Origin: Macrostomum hystrix
Lineage: Eukaryota; Animalia; Platyhelminthes
Direction of reading: 5' to 3'
Assembly (NCBI GenBank): GCA_950097015.1
Contig: CATNEN010000038.1
Location: forward strand, 22,692,001 to 22,756,000
Length of the DNA stretch: 64,000 bases
This document shows, piece after piece, positions 1 to 23,640 of the stretch (its first letter is position 1; every line of letters starts with the position of its first letter). Below the pieces are notes generated by a model. It saw only the letters and a list, made by a program, of their open reading frames with translations, was not told the DNA's origin and searched no databases. A program made the translations under genes and the position numbers.

Positions 1-190
1 ATTCAGAACTGAGATGTCTATAGATTCAGAACTGAGATGTCTATAGATTCAGAACTGAGATGTCTATAGATTCAGAACTGAGATGTCTATAGATTCAGAA
101 CTGAGATGTCTATAGATTCAGAACTGAGATGTCAATAGATTCAGAACCTAGATGTTTAAAGAATCAGAACTGAGATGTCTATAGATTTCG
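1..190. repeat. 23-bp minisatellite (attcagaactgagatgtctatag)n, truncated by window start
   Basis: Direct tandem copies that decay after ~190. Confidence 0.95.
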
Positions 191-774
191 AATAAATATG
201 TCTATAGATTCCGAAAAATATGTCTACAGATTCTATAGATTCTGAAATATCTATAGATTTACCCTCTAATCATTCAGATCTTCAATGCCTTCCCTCCCGT
301 CCTTCAGTTTTTCAATCCTTTTTATCCTTTCCTTCAGTTTTTTAATCTCTTTCTTTTATCCTTCAGTTTATGAACCTGATTTTCTTTCCTTATTCAGCGT
401 TTGCACACGCTTGTATTTAATCACGCTTTTAGAAGAACGATATAGAAAACAGAAGAAGCATTTTTTCGTTTATCGATTTGTACCAAATAAACTTTCCTTC
501 AACATTTTTACATACAAGTGAATGCTAGCGAATGTGTAACTGAGTTTGATTTTTTGTAAACTGCAAAGTTCAAGTGTTTCGCAAAAGAGCAGGTGCATTT
601 TGTGTTCTTAAACACAACACGTGACTTTGAAAATGGGTTCGAAACGCGGATCGATTTAATAATTTCTACACTTCTACATAAAATTCGTCTAAATACTCGT
701 AAACCATACTTGGATCACAGCACTGACGCGACATTGTGACATGCGACATTGATCATTTGATAAACTTATTAATA

Positions 775-1470
775 ACGAGATCCATAAGATTGATAATACA
801 AGAAATATCAGATCGGTAAGATTGATATTCTGAGAAAAACAAGATTTTGAGAAACACAAAACACGAAAAAGTTAAATATTTTTTAGGGATCGATTTATGA
901 GATTGATAATATAAGAAATATCAGATCCATGAGATTGATAATATGAGAAATATCAGATCCATGAGATTGATCATATGAGAAATATCAGATCCATGAGATT
1001 GATCATATGAGAAATATCATATCCATGAGATTGATAATATGAGAAATATCAGATCCATGTGATTGATAATATGAGAAATATCAGATCCATGAGATTGATA
1101 ATATGAGAAATATCAGATCCATGAGATTGATAATATGAGAAATATCATATCCATGAGATGGATCATGTGAGAAGAATCAGATCCATGAGATTGATAATAT
1201 GAGAAATATCATATCCATGAGATTGATCATATGAGAAATATCAGATCCATGAGATTGATAACACGAGAAATATCAGATCCGTAAGATTGATAACACGAGA
1301 AACTTTAGATCCGTGAGATTGATAACATGAGAAACTTCAGATCCGTGAGATTGATAATATGAGAAATATCATATCCATGAGATGGATCATATGAGAAATA
1401 TCAGATACATGAGATTGATCATATGAGAAATATCAGATCCGTAAGATTGATAATTTGAGAAACTTTAGAT
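775..1470. repeat. 32-bp minisatellite (gagaaatatcagatccatgagattgataatat)n
   Basis: Unit starts at 1041 and 1073 give period 32; degenerate at the edges. Confidence 0.93.
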
Positions 1471-2025
1471 CAAGTTTTCAAATATTTTCAAGTCACGTGT
1501 GCAGCTATCAGAACTGGTTTGCAGTGAATTTCTTAGAAACCTGGCAATTTGTTCGTAATTTGCTTTCTAAAGCGAATCTTATCATTTAAGCGATCATATT
1601 AATGCTACGCTTATTCAAGTGCGTAATTCCTCGCTAAAGTTGATAATGCTTGCTTTGGCAGAAGGTATTTATGAACTTATTCAACTAAAACTCGTTTAAG
1701 TTCTTTTCCTCAACTCTGACCTCTGCCCTCGGCGAACTAAATTAGTTTGAAAAGGTAAGAAAAGAACTCTCCTTTTGAAAATCTCTCCATAAATGTCTAC
1801 CTGTACAGGCTTGCTCTTATCTATTGCAATAGATTTGCCTTTTTTCTGCTTCAGGCAAGGTAATTAAAATATTGAAGACTGTTATAAAATGGCATTCCTT
1901 GCCCAACCTGTTTAAAGATAAAAAGTCACATTATTAGTAAAGGACCTAGCTAAGACAGTGGCCATTATACCTTGGCTCTAGTTCTACTTGTCTTCTTTAG
2001 TTTTAACAAACTGTATTTTATTCTC

Positions 2026-3498
<1,473 letters not shown>

Positions 3499-4482
3499 TA
3501 TCTTGCTTTGATAGGCATTGATTTTTTGTTAATGCTTAAAAATCATAAAAACCATAACGTGCCTAATGTGACCTTGAATTCCAAAAACTCTTATGATGTA
3601 GACAGCGCGTGATAGTTGGCCGTATGCTAAAAATAGCACATTTATCTTGATCTCGTCATTATGTTATTAAAAGATATTTAAGCTAATCTAAAAATAGCCG
3701 TTTTGGATTCCCCAACTTCGCCTTGATTGGTTGGCGGCTCGGTTCTAACTTGAAAAGCGACAATACGACAATTAAAGAGAAGAAGGCCTAATATTCATCA
3801 AATACCTGTTGAACTGCCTTCTTATTTTTTTTAACAAAAACAAATGTTTTTTAGGGAGAGAGCTGATAAATAAAAGCAGAACAGTTGAGCCTCTCAGTTT
3901 ATTTTGCGTTTTTAGTTATGGACGAAATAATGTTTCGCTTATTTTTTGTAGGAAAGAATGAAATACGAGTAGTATTATGCACGAGCTAAAATATTGGAAA
4001 ATTTTCGCACACCAAAATGTGATAAATACGTGTGGATAGAATGAATAAAAAAGTTTTTTTATGGGGAAATAATTTATGTTATGTCATATTAACATTATAT
4101 TGCAGGACGCAGCCTTCAAAATCGTATTGGCTGAGGTTTGCCACGTGATTCTTTCAAGTGGCTATCAAAAGTTGGCATTTCAAGAATCTTGTTCTAAAAA
4201 TAGAAACAGTTCAATCGTCGTTGGCCAATCAGATTTCGAAGTTCGCTTATCACCCTAACATATGTCCTCACAACATTGAATTTTTATTGCACAAAAAATA
4301 ACAACATAATCTTCTAGGTATTAAAGGTGAGCTAGTTGATAACCATTGAGCGTAAAAATATATATGATTGAAATAAGCAAGAAGAATGTCCTAAAACTTA
4401 CTGCAGAGTCACAATTTAAATAGGCAGATAAGACTGCGAATATCTAACTTCCGGTCGGTTAAAATATCGGCTTCCTTGTTTT

Positions 4483-4835
4483 TGTGGGAGGGAGCCACCA
4501 TGGATTTGTGAGGGTAGGGAGCCACCATGGATTTGTGGGGGTAGGGAGCCACCATGGATTTTTGGGGGTAGGGAGCCACCATGGATTTGTGGGGGTAGGG
4601 AGCCACCATGGATTTGTGGGGGTAGGGAGCCACCATGGATTTGTGGGGGTAGGGAGCCACCATGGATTTGTGGGGGTAGGGAGCCACCATGGATTTGTGG
4701 GGGTAGGGAGCCACCATGGATTTGTGGTTGAGCCACCATGGATTTGTGGGGGAGCCACCATGGATTTGTGGTTGAGCCACCATGGATTTGTGGGGGAGCC
4801 ACCATGGATTTGGATTTGTGGGAGGGAGCCACCAT
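4483..4835. repeat. 27-bp G-rich minisatellite (gtagggagccaccatggatttgtgggg)n
   Basis: Direct tandem units; explains ORFs 4409, 4416 and 4484. Confidence 0.95.
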
Positions 4836-5053
4836 TGATTCGCTTGAGTCCACCTGTCCTCCTATGGTATCTATATTCATAGGTCAACAACAACAACAAA
4901 AGCAAGATTAACATAACAAGATTAACTCGAAAAGCGTCGAATGCGAGGCTGATCGTACAAGGGACTAAACAAATTCGATAAATTACATGTTTCGAATTGA
5001 ATCCCCCTTTGTTAGGGTCAGAAGACTTCATTTTTAACATGATATTTGCGTCA

Positions 5054-8000
5054 TCACTGCTGCGATGGTGGCGGAGGCGGTGGCGGCGGCGGCGGTGCAC
5101 TCAGCGACAGCAAAGTCCTACGCCCGGTAGAGATTTTGCGTAGGGCACTGCTAATGATGGCCAGATCGCCTTTCAACTCGTTGACCACGTTAGCTATGCT
5201 GCGTGGCGAGTCCAGGACCTCAACAGACTGGGTGTACGGATTGTAGCGAACGTCGAATGGTCGACGAATGGTCTTGGCGAATTCACTGATAATGGACAAG
5301 GGAATCAAGTGGCAATTAGTGTTGTGGTAGTTGAAAAACTGACCAGAGGACTGTAGTTATGGCGGTTGATCAAAGGAATGTAGTGATGGCGGTTGATCAA
5401 AGGAAATGTAGTGATGGCGGCTGATCAAAGGAATGTAGTGATGATGGTTGATCAAAGGAATGTAGTGATGGCGGCTGATCAAAGGAATGTAGTGATGGCG
5501 GTTGATCAAAGGAATGTAGTGATGGCGGTTGATCAAAGGAAATGTAGTGATGACGGCTGATCAAGGAAATGTAGTGATGGCGGTTGATCAAAGGAATGTA
5601 GTGATGGCGGTTGATCAAAGGAATGTAGTGATGGCGGTTGATCAAAGGAATGTAGTGATGGCGGTTGATCAAAGGAATGTAGTGATGGCGGCTGATCAAA
5701 GGAATGTAGTGATGGCGGCTGATCAAAGGAATGTAGTGATGGCGGCTGATCAAAGGAATGTAGTGATGGCGGCTGATCAAAGGAATGTAGTGATGGCGGC
5801 TGATCAAAGGATTACTATGATTGCACTTGGATTAACGGCTCATCAAAGAACATTGAATTTTTCTGCAACTCACCGCATCTTTTCTTTTGCATCTTCGAAG
5901 CTGGGCGTGTAGAAGTAGCGATTCTGAAAGCTAGTCACCAGGCACTCTTCCATGGACACAGTTCTCGGATCAAACGAGTTGATTTCAGCCCTGCCGCTCA
6001 TTACGAACTGTGTGTTTGGAGTTTTCAAATATTTTGTTTGTGTAAATACAAAGAAAGTTTTCAATACGATTTGAAAGTCATTCACGACTGCTTTCCCCAA
6101 AAGGGTTTTCCCGAAGAATTTTTAAAAAATAGCTCGACGATGTAACACCCCGTCGTCCAATCAGATTTTCAGGTCCAACGGCGCTCACCCGAAACTCGTC
6201 CACGCAGGATAGGAGGCCCGCGCCGTAGACTTTCATTTCACCGTCCTGCTTGCACAAGCCGAACTCGATAGTGAAGAAGTAGCACTGAAACAAACCAAGT
6301 TGGATGGTTTAACTAATTTTAAGTTCCTAAAAATGCATACATTGTTAGCTACTTACAGTAGCCAGTTTCTGCACTTCTTCATCGCTGGCTCCCAATGAGG
6401 CCAGGCCAATCTCCTGGGAGAATTGGGCAAAGCTGGGATCGGCCAGTAGCGGCATGTGGCCCAGGATCTCGTGGCAGCAATCGCTAAAAGTAAAGCAATC
6501 AAATTGTTTTTTTAATTCTAGCCTTATTAACTAAAGGGCGCATGTACCCAAAATTATACTCATTCTTTCTATAAAGCGACACCCACCACACGCATAACTG
6601 TTTTTCTAGGCCTCATTCTTTCCAAAGCGCAGAGCATCCACCCCACGCCCTAGATTTTTCTCTTACCCCTTATTCCGTCCAAAGCGCTACACCCACCCCA
6701 CGCCCTAGCTTATTCTCTTACCCCTTATTCCGTCCAAAGCGCTACACCCACCCCACGCCCTAGCTTATTCTCTTACCCCTTATTCCGTCCAAAGCGCTAC
6801 ACCCACCCCACGCCCTAGCTTATTCTCTTACCCCTTATTCCGTCCAAAGCGCTACACCCACCCCACGCCCTAGCTTATTCTCTTATCCCTAATTCTGTCC
6901 AATCGGTTTCAAACTGCATCTTTAATTTTTTTAACTCCCTTCAGCACTCACGGCTCAGGCGTGTAGAACGGGTCGGCTCCATGTCGAATGTACTGCGTAC
7001 AGTGAAACACGCGAAACGCCAGGCCCGATAAGAAATCTCTAGCCGACAAATAGCCGGCTACTGGTCGCAGTACAAAGCCGGTGCGATCTTTCAGGTAATT
7101 GGAAATTTCCTCCAGTTGAGGTATATTATCCTCTCTGTGTATTTGGAAAGTGATTTTGCTAAGAAAATTGCAATGAACTTCCGAAATTGTAAATCTAAAC
7201 TGACCGATAGCCGCAGAATTTCTGCAGTTGAGGCAGATTTTCCAGGAACTCGCGACAGGCGTGCTTCTGATAGAGACTGCTCAACTCTTTGTACACAGCC
7301 GACCAGGTGCGAATCTCTTCAGCCGTGTAATCGATGCGCGGAATCGGCTCGCCCTGGCGATAATTGTAGGCCAAATCAGCGAACCACATGCGGCGCTTCC
7401 GGTACTCAGCGTCTTTGAAGCCCTGCAAATGAGATGCGGGAAAAACAGAAGTATATTGGGATGAAATGTTCAAAATGGGGACGAACTGTAGAAGTGGATA
7501 AAGTGCATAAAATTGGGATAGACTACAGTAACATGGGGATAGACTACAGTAACATGGGGATAAGCTAACTTACCATAGGGATTAACATAGTAGAAAAGGG
7601 ATAAACTACCGAAAACTGGTATCAACAACAATAAAGTGGAAAAACTTACCGGATGATCAGCGTCCAACTCGGAGCCGTACATGATGACTCGCCTGGACAC
7701 CTTGTCCAGATCCTGGATGCGCCTCGGGAACCACGGCAGACGCTCCATCGTCACTGAAGGATGCGATAGGAATTCACTGATTCATTCACTGATTCACTCA
7801 CTGATTCACTCACTGATTCACTCACTGATTCACTCACTGATTCACTCACTGATTCACTCACTGATTCACTCACTGATTCACTCACTGATTCACTCACTGA
7901 TTCACTCACTGATTCACTCACTGATTCACAAGATAGGAAGTCTGACTGCTCACTCTGTCTCTTCAGCATGCGTGAGTGATGCTGCCTGGCCTTCGCGACG

Positions 8001-9460
8001 CCTCCCAGATCCACAGCATCGTCAGCCGCTGCGGTCGACGTCGAGACGTCTTCGAAGGCGTCGCCGCTGGCGTCGTTGCCATCGCCGACTCTGTCGCTGT
8101 CGGTGGCAATCGCCACAGCGGCTGCATCGGCCTGATCAGGATCCAGGGACTTGTCGACTTCCTGAACTAGCACGGAATCCACCTCGGTCTTCAGCGCGTC
8201 GAGAAGACTCGGCAGCTTTGCTCGGTCGGCGTCTACATCGACGAAAATCTCGATAGGGGCTGATGCGCGTCGACCGCCGCGTGATTCAACGTGCATCACC
8301 TCGATGTTGTGCGCCTAGTGACGGATGCCAATTCTTATTTTTCTTAATAGTGGAAAGACCACGGACTGCCTAACTTTCAAAGCCGTCTAAGGTTAGCATC
8401 TTCGAGAATATTCTCACCTCGAAAACTTTTAGTATGCCGGTCAGGCCGCTAATATTGTTTCCAACCCCAAAGATGAACGACACGGTCTTCTTGGCGGCCT
8501 CGGCTGTCTCCATCACTGAGCCAAGATCCTTCAGCTTGTTCTGCGGGAGATAGAGACAGTGGGGAGAGAGAGGGAGACAGTGGGGAGAGAGAGGGAGACA
8601 GTGGGGAGAGAGAGGGAGACAGTGGGGAGAGAGAGGGAGACAGTGGGGAGAGAGAGGGAGACAGTGGGGAGAGAGAGGGAGACAGTGGGGAGAGAGAGGG
8701 AGACAGTGCGAGAGAGGGAGACAGTGGGGAGAGACAGGGAGACAGTGAGGAGAGACAGGGAGACAGTGGGGAGAGAGAGGGAGACAGTGAGGAGAGAGAG
8801 GGAGACAGTGAGAGAGAGAGGGAGACAGTGAGAGAGAGGGAGACAGTGAGGAGAGAGAGGGAGACAGTGAGAGAGAGGGAGACAGTGAGGAGAGAGAGGG
8901 AGACAGTGAGAGAGAGGGAGACAGTGAGGAGAGAGAGGGAGACAGTGAGGAGAGAGAGGGAGACAGTGAGAGAGAGGGAGACAGTGAGGAGAGAGAGGGA
9001 GACAGTGAGAGAGAGAGGGAGACAGTGAGAGAGAGGGAGACAGTGAGAGAGAGGGAGACAGTGAGGAGAGAGAGGGAGACAGTGAGAGAGAGAGGGAGAC
9101 AGTGAGGAGAGAGAGGGAGACAGTGAGGAGAGAGAGGGAGACAGTGAGGAGAGAGAGGGAGCCATTGTGAGGGAGGCAGCTCAATTGAGGTGTCACCTCA
9201 ATGCCGGAGATCTCTTCCTCGTCAATCATGGAGCTGACGGAGGAGAAGCGGCCTCTCCTGGCCTTGGCAGCCGCTGAATCCATGCAGTGCTGGCAGCAGC
9301 AGCCAAAGCAGCAAGAATTGCTTGAGTTAATGTCCTGAGTAGCGCTGTCCTCACCAACGGACGGCAGTCGATTGCCAGCGGCCAAACTGGACGATTCTGA
9401 ATCAGAATTGCGTGATCGATGGCGCCTCTTGTCAGCGTTGCATTTATTATTGGTTGCCAT
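5054..9460 (-). CDS. TPH: Tryptophan 5-hydroxylase (aromatic amino acid hydroxylase), 10 coding exons
   Basis: Exons (minus) 9460-9197, 8540-8418, 8314-7954, 7753-7650, 7422-7205, 7134-6952, 6483-6357, 6284-6189, 6007-5874, 5285-5054, all GT-AG and in phase. Contains the ACT domain (VMHVESR), [22 protein letters not shown], the Fe ligands in [14 protein letters not shown] and IEFGL, and the C-terminal YNPYTQ. VAGYLS (Tyr) and CYFFT (Phe) are TPH-type residues, whereas PAH has Leu and Trp. Confidence 0.93.
5358..5810. repeat. 27-bp minisatellite (gatcaaaggaatgtagtgatggcggtt)n in last TPH intron
   Basis: Direct tandem units. Confidence 0.95.
6620..6900. repeat. 55-bp tandem repeat (~5 copies) in TPH intron
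   Basis: tattccgtccaaagcgc recurs at 6671, 6726 and 6781. Confidence 0.9.
7772..7930. repeat. 12-bp repeat (tgattcactcac)n in TPH intron 3
   Basis: Perfect tandem units; gives the ESVS/HSLI artefact peptides. Confidence 0.95.
8550..9162. repeat. Purine-rich 17-21 bp minisatellite (gggagacagtgaggagagaga)n in TPH intron 1
   Basis: Direct tandem units. Confidence 0.95.
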
Positions 9461-10364
9461 TGTCAACAACTCCGTTAGTGATTGCAAGTTGAACAGAATG
9501 AAATACAATTTTCTCAATTTTTGTACGAATTTATTTACGATTTTGCTAATCTGCTAAACTGTTGCTTCGGTCACATATTTTAATTCGCGGAGATACTAAT
9601 CGTGAACGTGCCCATTTTTCGCTTAAGGCGATCAGAATTAACAAAATAAAAAAGAAAGATTTTTACCTTCAGTTCTGACAGACGATCACAATTCGCCGAA
9701 TCTCTGACAGTCAGACAAACGACAACTAGAGACGATGTTAAGAAGAAGACAGAACGAGACTGTGCTAACAGAAATACTAACTTGGCGGAAGAAGAGATGT
9801 TCTCCCATCTCCCGATTTCATCCAATCAATTCCCAGTCCTGATCCCCTTCCACCGCCGTCCACGCCCACGCTAAACGCCCATGCGGCTGCGAGTGGCCAC
9901 TGCCGATTAAGCCGCTGAGAAAATTGGGTGGCACAGCGGCGCGCGGCGAGATTTTGGTATTCGACGGTTTTTGGGGATTTACTAAGACGATCGCGCTTAC
10001 TTAATCCCCAATTTTTCCTCTCCGTCGGGAAACGGGAGAGATCGTCTCGATTTCTAAAAACTGTCCGATCCGCCGAGAATCAGGCCCTTGTTGTTGAACA
10101 GACGTCAAGATGGTTATTTTTTCGCTTCACAAAGTTGGCATATGCAAATTAAGCATTTCTGCGCAGTCAAAGACGGTGGCAGATCATGGCCAGAGGGTTG
10201 GGAGGTTAACTCGCGTTTCATTAAGCTTCGTTTAACAATTCTTTCTTGCTTTGCAGGAGCGAAGCGAAATGTTCCGTTTCAATCGATGAACAAACTTTTT
10301 AAACTGAATTTCCGACAAGACGAAAGTGAATGTAAGTGAAGACCTCAGGATCCTCAGGACATAA

Positions 10365-10510
10365 AGATCAGACTTCAGGATAGGAATATCAGACTTCAGG
10401 ATAGGAATATCAGACTTCAGGATAGGAATATCAGACTTCAGGATAGGAATACCAGACTTCAGGATAGGAATATCAGACTTCAGGATAGGAACGTAAGTCC
10501 TCAGGATAGA
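10365..10510. repeat. 21-bp repeat (aatatcagacttcaggatagg)n
   Basis: About 6 tandem copies. Confidence 0.9.
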
Positions 10511-11851
10511 AAGATGAGACCTCAGTATCCTCAGGAGAGTCTCAATATTTTCAGGGTGGATCTCAGTATTTTCAGGGAAAGACAGGAGTCATCAGGGTAG
10601 AAACAGAAGAGCCCATGGTAGAAAAGGGAGACCTCAGTATCTTCAGGCATGGAGCGACAGACCATGAGCGAATTCTCAATGAAATAGTGGCTTACCCAAA
10701 GTCATTGTAAAATAAAAAACTAAAGCCGGTTTATTTTGCGAGACACGGTGATCAACGGTTGCTATAAACAACTTTATTAAATATCGATAACAACTATTGG
10801 AAATTTTTACATTGACCATTTTGAAGTGAAACGAAGGAATTGGTTATGCTTCAAAGACGATTCTATCATAAGTATTTTTCCATTCAGACGAAACTTTTTG
10901 AAACACGAAACGAGCTGGGCAGTGTTATAAAATAACAATAACAAATAAATATTGCCGTGCGCACAACATACTACTGGCCGCCTATTTTACTAGCAAGTAG
11001 TATAGCAGTTTCGGAAAGAGACGGGCATCAAGCAGAATTGGCAAAAAAGAACCAGATGAACAACAGAATTTTGTTATAAATTACTTGTGTGTAATTTCAA
11101 AAGTTTAAATTGACGCGAAAAGTTGAGAATTAAAACAAAGCGCGACAGCGTCGAGTGTTAATTTTTAAATGCTCCAAAATTCGTATTTTTTTCTGAATTG
11201 TCTTTTTTGCTAACAAAAAAACACAAATAGTGTTCACTTACGCAAGTTAAGGACTTTTGTTAGCAATCTGTACACGATCGAGACACGATAAAGATAAACA
11301 ACAAACAAAAAAACAACAGAAACAGGAAAGCCTTTGCAGATAGTTGAGAAAGATAAATATAAGTTTTTGTTTTATGTACAGGTCTTTGTGCTTTTTTTCG
11401 TATCAAGTTAGTGCCTCTAGTGAAACATTGTAACTTCGTTCAAAGTACAAGCTGTGGGCAAGCTATTGTAACATAAAGCTGACTTTGTTTTTTTAAAGAA
11501 ATAAAACAGCAACAAATGGAAACTCACAACAACACAAACTTAAAGCTAAGTTCTTAGCGCCGACAACAATAACAAACAATACAAAAACAACAAAAAAACA
11601 AACCGCAGTAAAGTTTCTATGGTAACCATAGCAACTCGTTTATCAGATGCGGCACAACAAGCAAGCAACTCGAAGCCAAAAGCAAGAGGTGACAAACTAG
11701 TTTTTTTTAAAAAGGTGCAAAAATAGTAGCAATGAACACGCTAGTTAAAGCGGAACTGTTTGTTAATCATCGCGTATAAGAAATTGAACACCAAAAAATC
11801 ATCTCGCTAACTACTGTCAACCAGTAGGCAGTCTGCAACAGGATGAAATTC

Positions 11852-20498
<8,647 letters not shown>

Positions 20499-20879
20499 GG
20501 TGTTTCTTCAGATAATATTGATTTATAACAGAGTGGATTCTTAGAAAATAACCGAGGCTTGAGCGGTAAATTTAACTTTTAATAAATTCACTATCTAGTT
20601 AACGAAAGTCGCCAGTTGATTCAGACTAACGGCGCTATTAGCTATGGCAAAACTAACTAGATAAAGAGAAATATACTATTCACTGTTCAGTTTAGCTTTT
20701 GAACAGCATACAATGCTGAACAAGGGTTACAAGGCAAGTGGAATATATTTATATATGGCAAGTCTGCGAAGCTTTTATATGCCTTATATTATATATATTT
20801 ATTACGGAGACCCCCGGGACACACAGAAGACGCTTTCCAGTTCTGACCCTTTTTTCCTGAAGAACGAATCGGCCCTGGC

Positions 20880-21130
20880 TTGGAGTTGGGGACTTGGGGT
20901 GGTTGAACAGGGTGAGTAATAGCCTGTCGCATGGGCGGCCCCGTCACCCGCCCTGCCCGCCCTGGAGCGGAGGTGGGGTGGGGCGGAGGGCGGGTGAAGA
21001 GCGAGGGAACACAGAGAGAAAACGTGCGCAGGCCTGGTTTCCACTTTCCACTCTAACTGCTTGGACCACCGCCCTTGTCTCTTATTTCTCCTCTCCTCTT
21101 CTCTCTTTTCTTTCTTCTCTCGACACCTCG
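20880..21130 (-). promoter_or_regulatory. GC-rich, GC-box-containing region upstream of NLK (probable promoter)
   Basis: Local GC/CpG peak with gggcgg/ccgccc boxes about 400-600 bp 5' of the NLK ATG in AT-rich surroundings; function inferred. Confidence 0.45.
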
Positions 21131-21974
21131 CGTCATTCTGAATTTCTGAGCAGTTATGTCTGGATTGTATCAGATAGAGAAATTAGACCAATCTCTATAT
21201 ACAGCTATATATGTTAAGAACAGAAAACAGTCCCAGCAAAGGGACAAAGGGTATTCCAATTTTCCTAGCGAGTAGTAGATGTAATAAAAAAGATTAAATA
21301 TAGCAGTTTCCATTTCTGTCTAGACCGAATTTATTCCCGTCTATCTCTACTAAATAGCTTTCTCATCACTAAGTCTTTGTTTAAACAATTTCAATAGTCT
21401 ACTCTCTTGTCAACACTTCAAACGGAGTCTTATTATGGCATTGACGCACAATGGAAATGACTAGATACAAGAATTAGTGCATTTCATGATTAAAAAAGGC
21501 TTACATAATTCACTACGCAGCGATAGGAGCGTGTCTTCTAACATTTCGTGGAATTAATAAGGTTTGTGTAATACGTAGCTCGCTTTACACCTGCGTATAC
21601 TAGGACTTGGGGTCCGTTCAAACCTAACTCTCAAAGCGGAAATGCTAATTCTCGTTTATATAAATTAGTTGCCTCTTTGTGATTATTACGCTGTAATTTG
21701 TTTAGTATTTTGTAGCACGATGGTGATACAGGTCGATCAGACTAAATGAGCATATGCATTCCTATAAAGTCTACTAAATGATTGCAAAGACTCGAATGTA
21801 AGGCTCTACGAAACAGTTAAGGTTACGATTCCTGTCTGTACTGTACACAAAGTTGGAAATTAGACAAGCATATATGTTACACCTTGCTACTTTATTCGTG
21901 TTCAAATTATTTATGTCTTATGTTCAATAAGCGAATTCATTCGTTTAAATTCGTTACTTTCTAACATATATATA

Positions 21975-23640
21975 TGTCTGTATAACAGGTCGATACTCCT
22001 GTCTAACAGGTAGATATTCCTGTCTAACAGGTAGATACTCGTGTCTAACAGGTAGATACTACTGTCTAACAGGTAGATACTACTGTCTAACAGGTAGATA
22101 ATCCTGTATAACAGGTAGATAGTCCTGTATAACAGGCACATACTCCTGTATAACAGGTAGATACTCCTGTCTAACAGGTAGATACTCCTGTATAACAGGT
22201 AGATACTCCTGTCTAACAGGTAGATACTCCTGTATAACAGGCACATACTCCTGTATAACAGGTAGATACTCCTGTATAACAGGTAGATACTCCTGTCTAA
22301 CAGGTAGATACTCGTGTCTAACAGGTAGATACTCGTGTCTAACAGGTAGATACTCCTGTTTAACAGGTAGATACTCCTGTTTAACAGGTAGATACTCCTG
22401 TTTAACAGGTAGATACTCCTATTTAACAGGTAGATACTCCTGTTTAACAGGTAGATACTCCTGTCTAACAGGTAGATACTCGTGTCTAACAGGTAGATAC
22501 TACTGTTTAACAGGTAGATACTCCTATTTAACAGGTAGATACTCCTGTTTAACAGGTAGATACTCCTATCTAACAGGTAGATACTCGTGTCTAACAGGTA
22601 GATACTACTGTCTAACAGGTAGATACTTCTGTCTAACAGGTAGATACTTCTGTCTAACAGGTAGATACTCGTGTCTAACAGGTCGATACTCCTGCATAAC
22701 AGGTAGATACTCGTGTCTAACAGGTCGATACTCCTGCATAACAGGTAGATACTCGTGTCTAACAGGTAGATACTCGTGTCTAACAGGTAGATACTCGTGT
22801 CTAACAGGTAGATACTCCTGTTTAACAGGTAGATACTCCTGTTTAACAGGTAGATACTCCTGTCTAACAGGTAGATACTCGTGTCTAACAGGTAGATACT
22901 ACTGTCTAACAGGTAGATACTACTGTCTAACAGGTAGATACTACTGTCTAACAGGTAGATACTACTGTCTAACAGGTAGATACTCGTGTCTAACAGGTCG
23001 ATACTACTGTCTAACAGGTAGATACTCGTGTCTAACAGGTAGATACTAGTGTCTAACAGGTAGATACTCGTGTCTAACAGGTAGATACCACTGTCTAACA
23101 AGTAGATATTCTTGTCAAACAGGTAGATACTCCTGCATAACAGGTAGATACTCCTGTCTAACAGGTAGATACTCGTGTCTAACAGGTAGATACTCGTGTC
23201 TAACAGGTAGATACTCGTGTCTAACAGGTAGATAATCCTGTATAACAGGTAGATAGTCCTGTATAACAGGCAAATACTCCTGTATAACAGGTAGATACTC
23301 CTGTCTAACAGGTAGATACTCCTGTATAACAGGTAGATACTCCTGTCTAACAGGTAGATACTCCTGTATAACAGGCACATACTCCTGTATAACAGGTAGA
23401 TACTCCTGTATAACAGGTAGATACTCCTGTCTAACAGGTAGATACTCCTGTATAACAGGTAGATACTCCTGTCTAACAGGTAGATACTCGTGTCTAACAG
23501 GTCGATACTCCTGCATAACAGGTAGATACTCGTGTCTAACAGGTAGATAATCCTGTATAACAGGTAGATAGTCCTGTATAACAGGTAGATATTACTGTCT
23601 AACAGGTAGATACTCGTGTCTAACTGGTAGATACTTCTAA
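21975..23640. repeat. 21-bp minisatellite (ctcctgtctaacaggtagata)n
   Basis: Direct tandem units; source of the 489-aa artefact ORF. Confidence 0.95.

Noticed and set aside
5054-9460. Phenylalanine or tyrosine hydroxylase identity
   Set aside because: VAGYLS and CYFFT carry the TPH-type Tyr and Phe rather than Leu and Trp.
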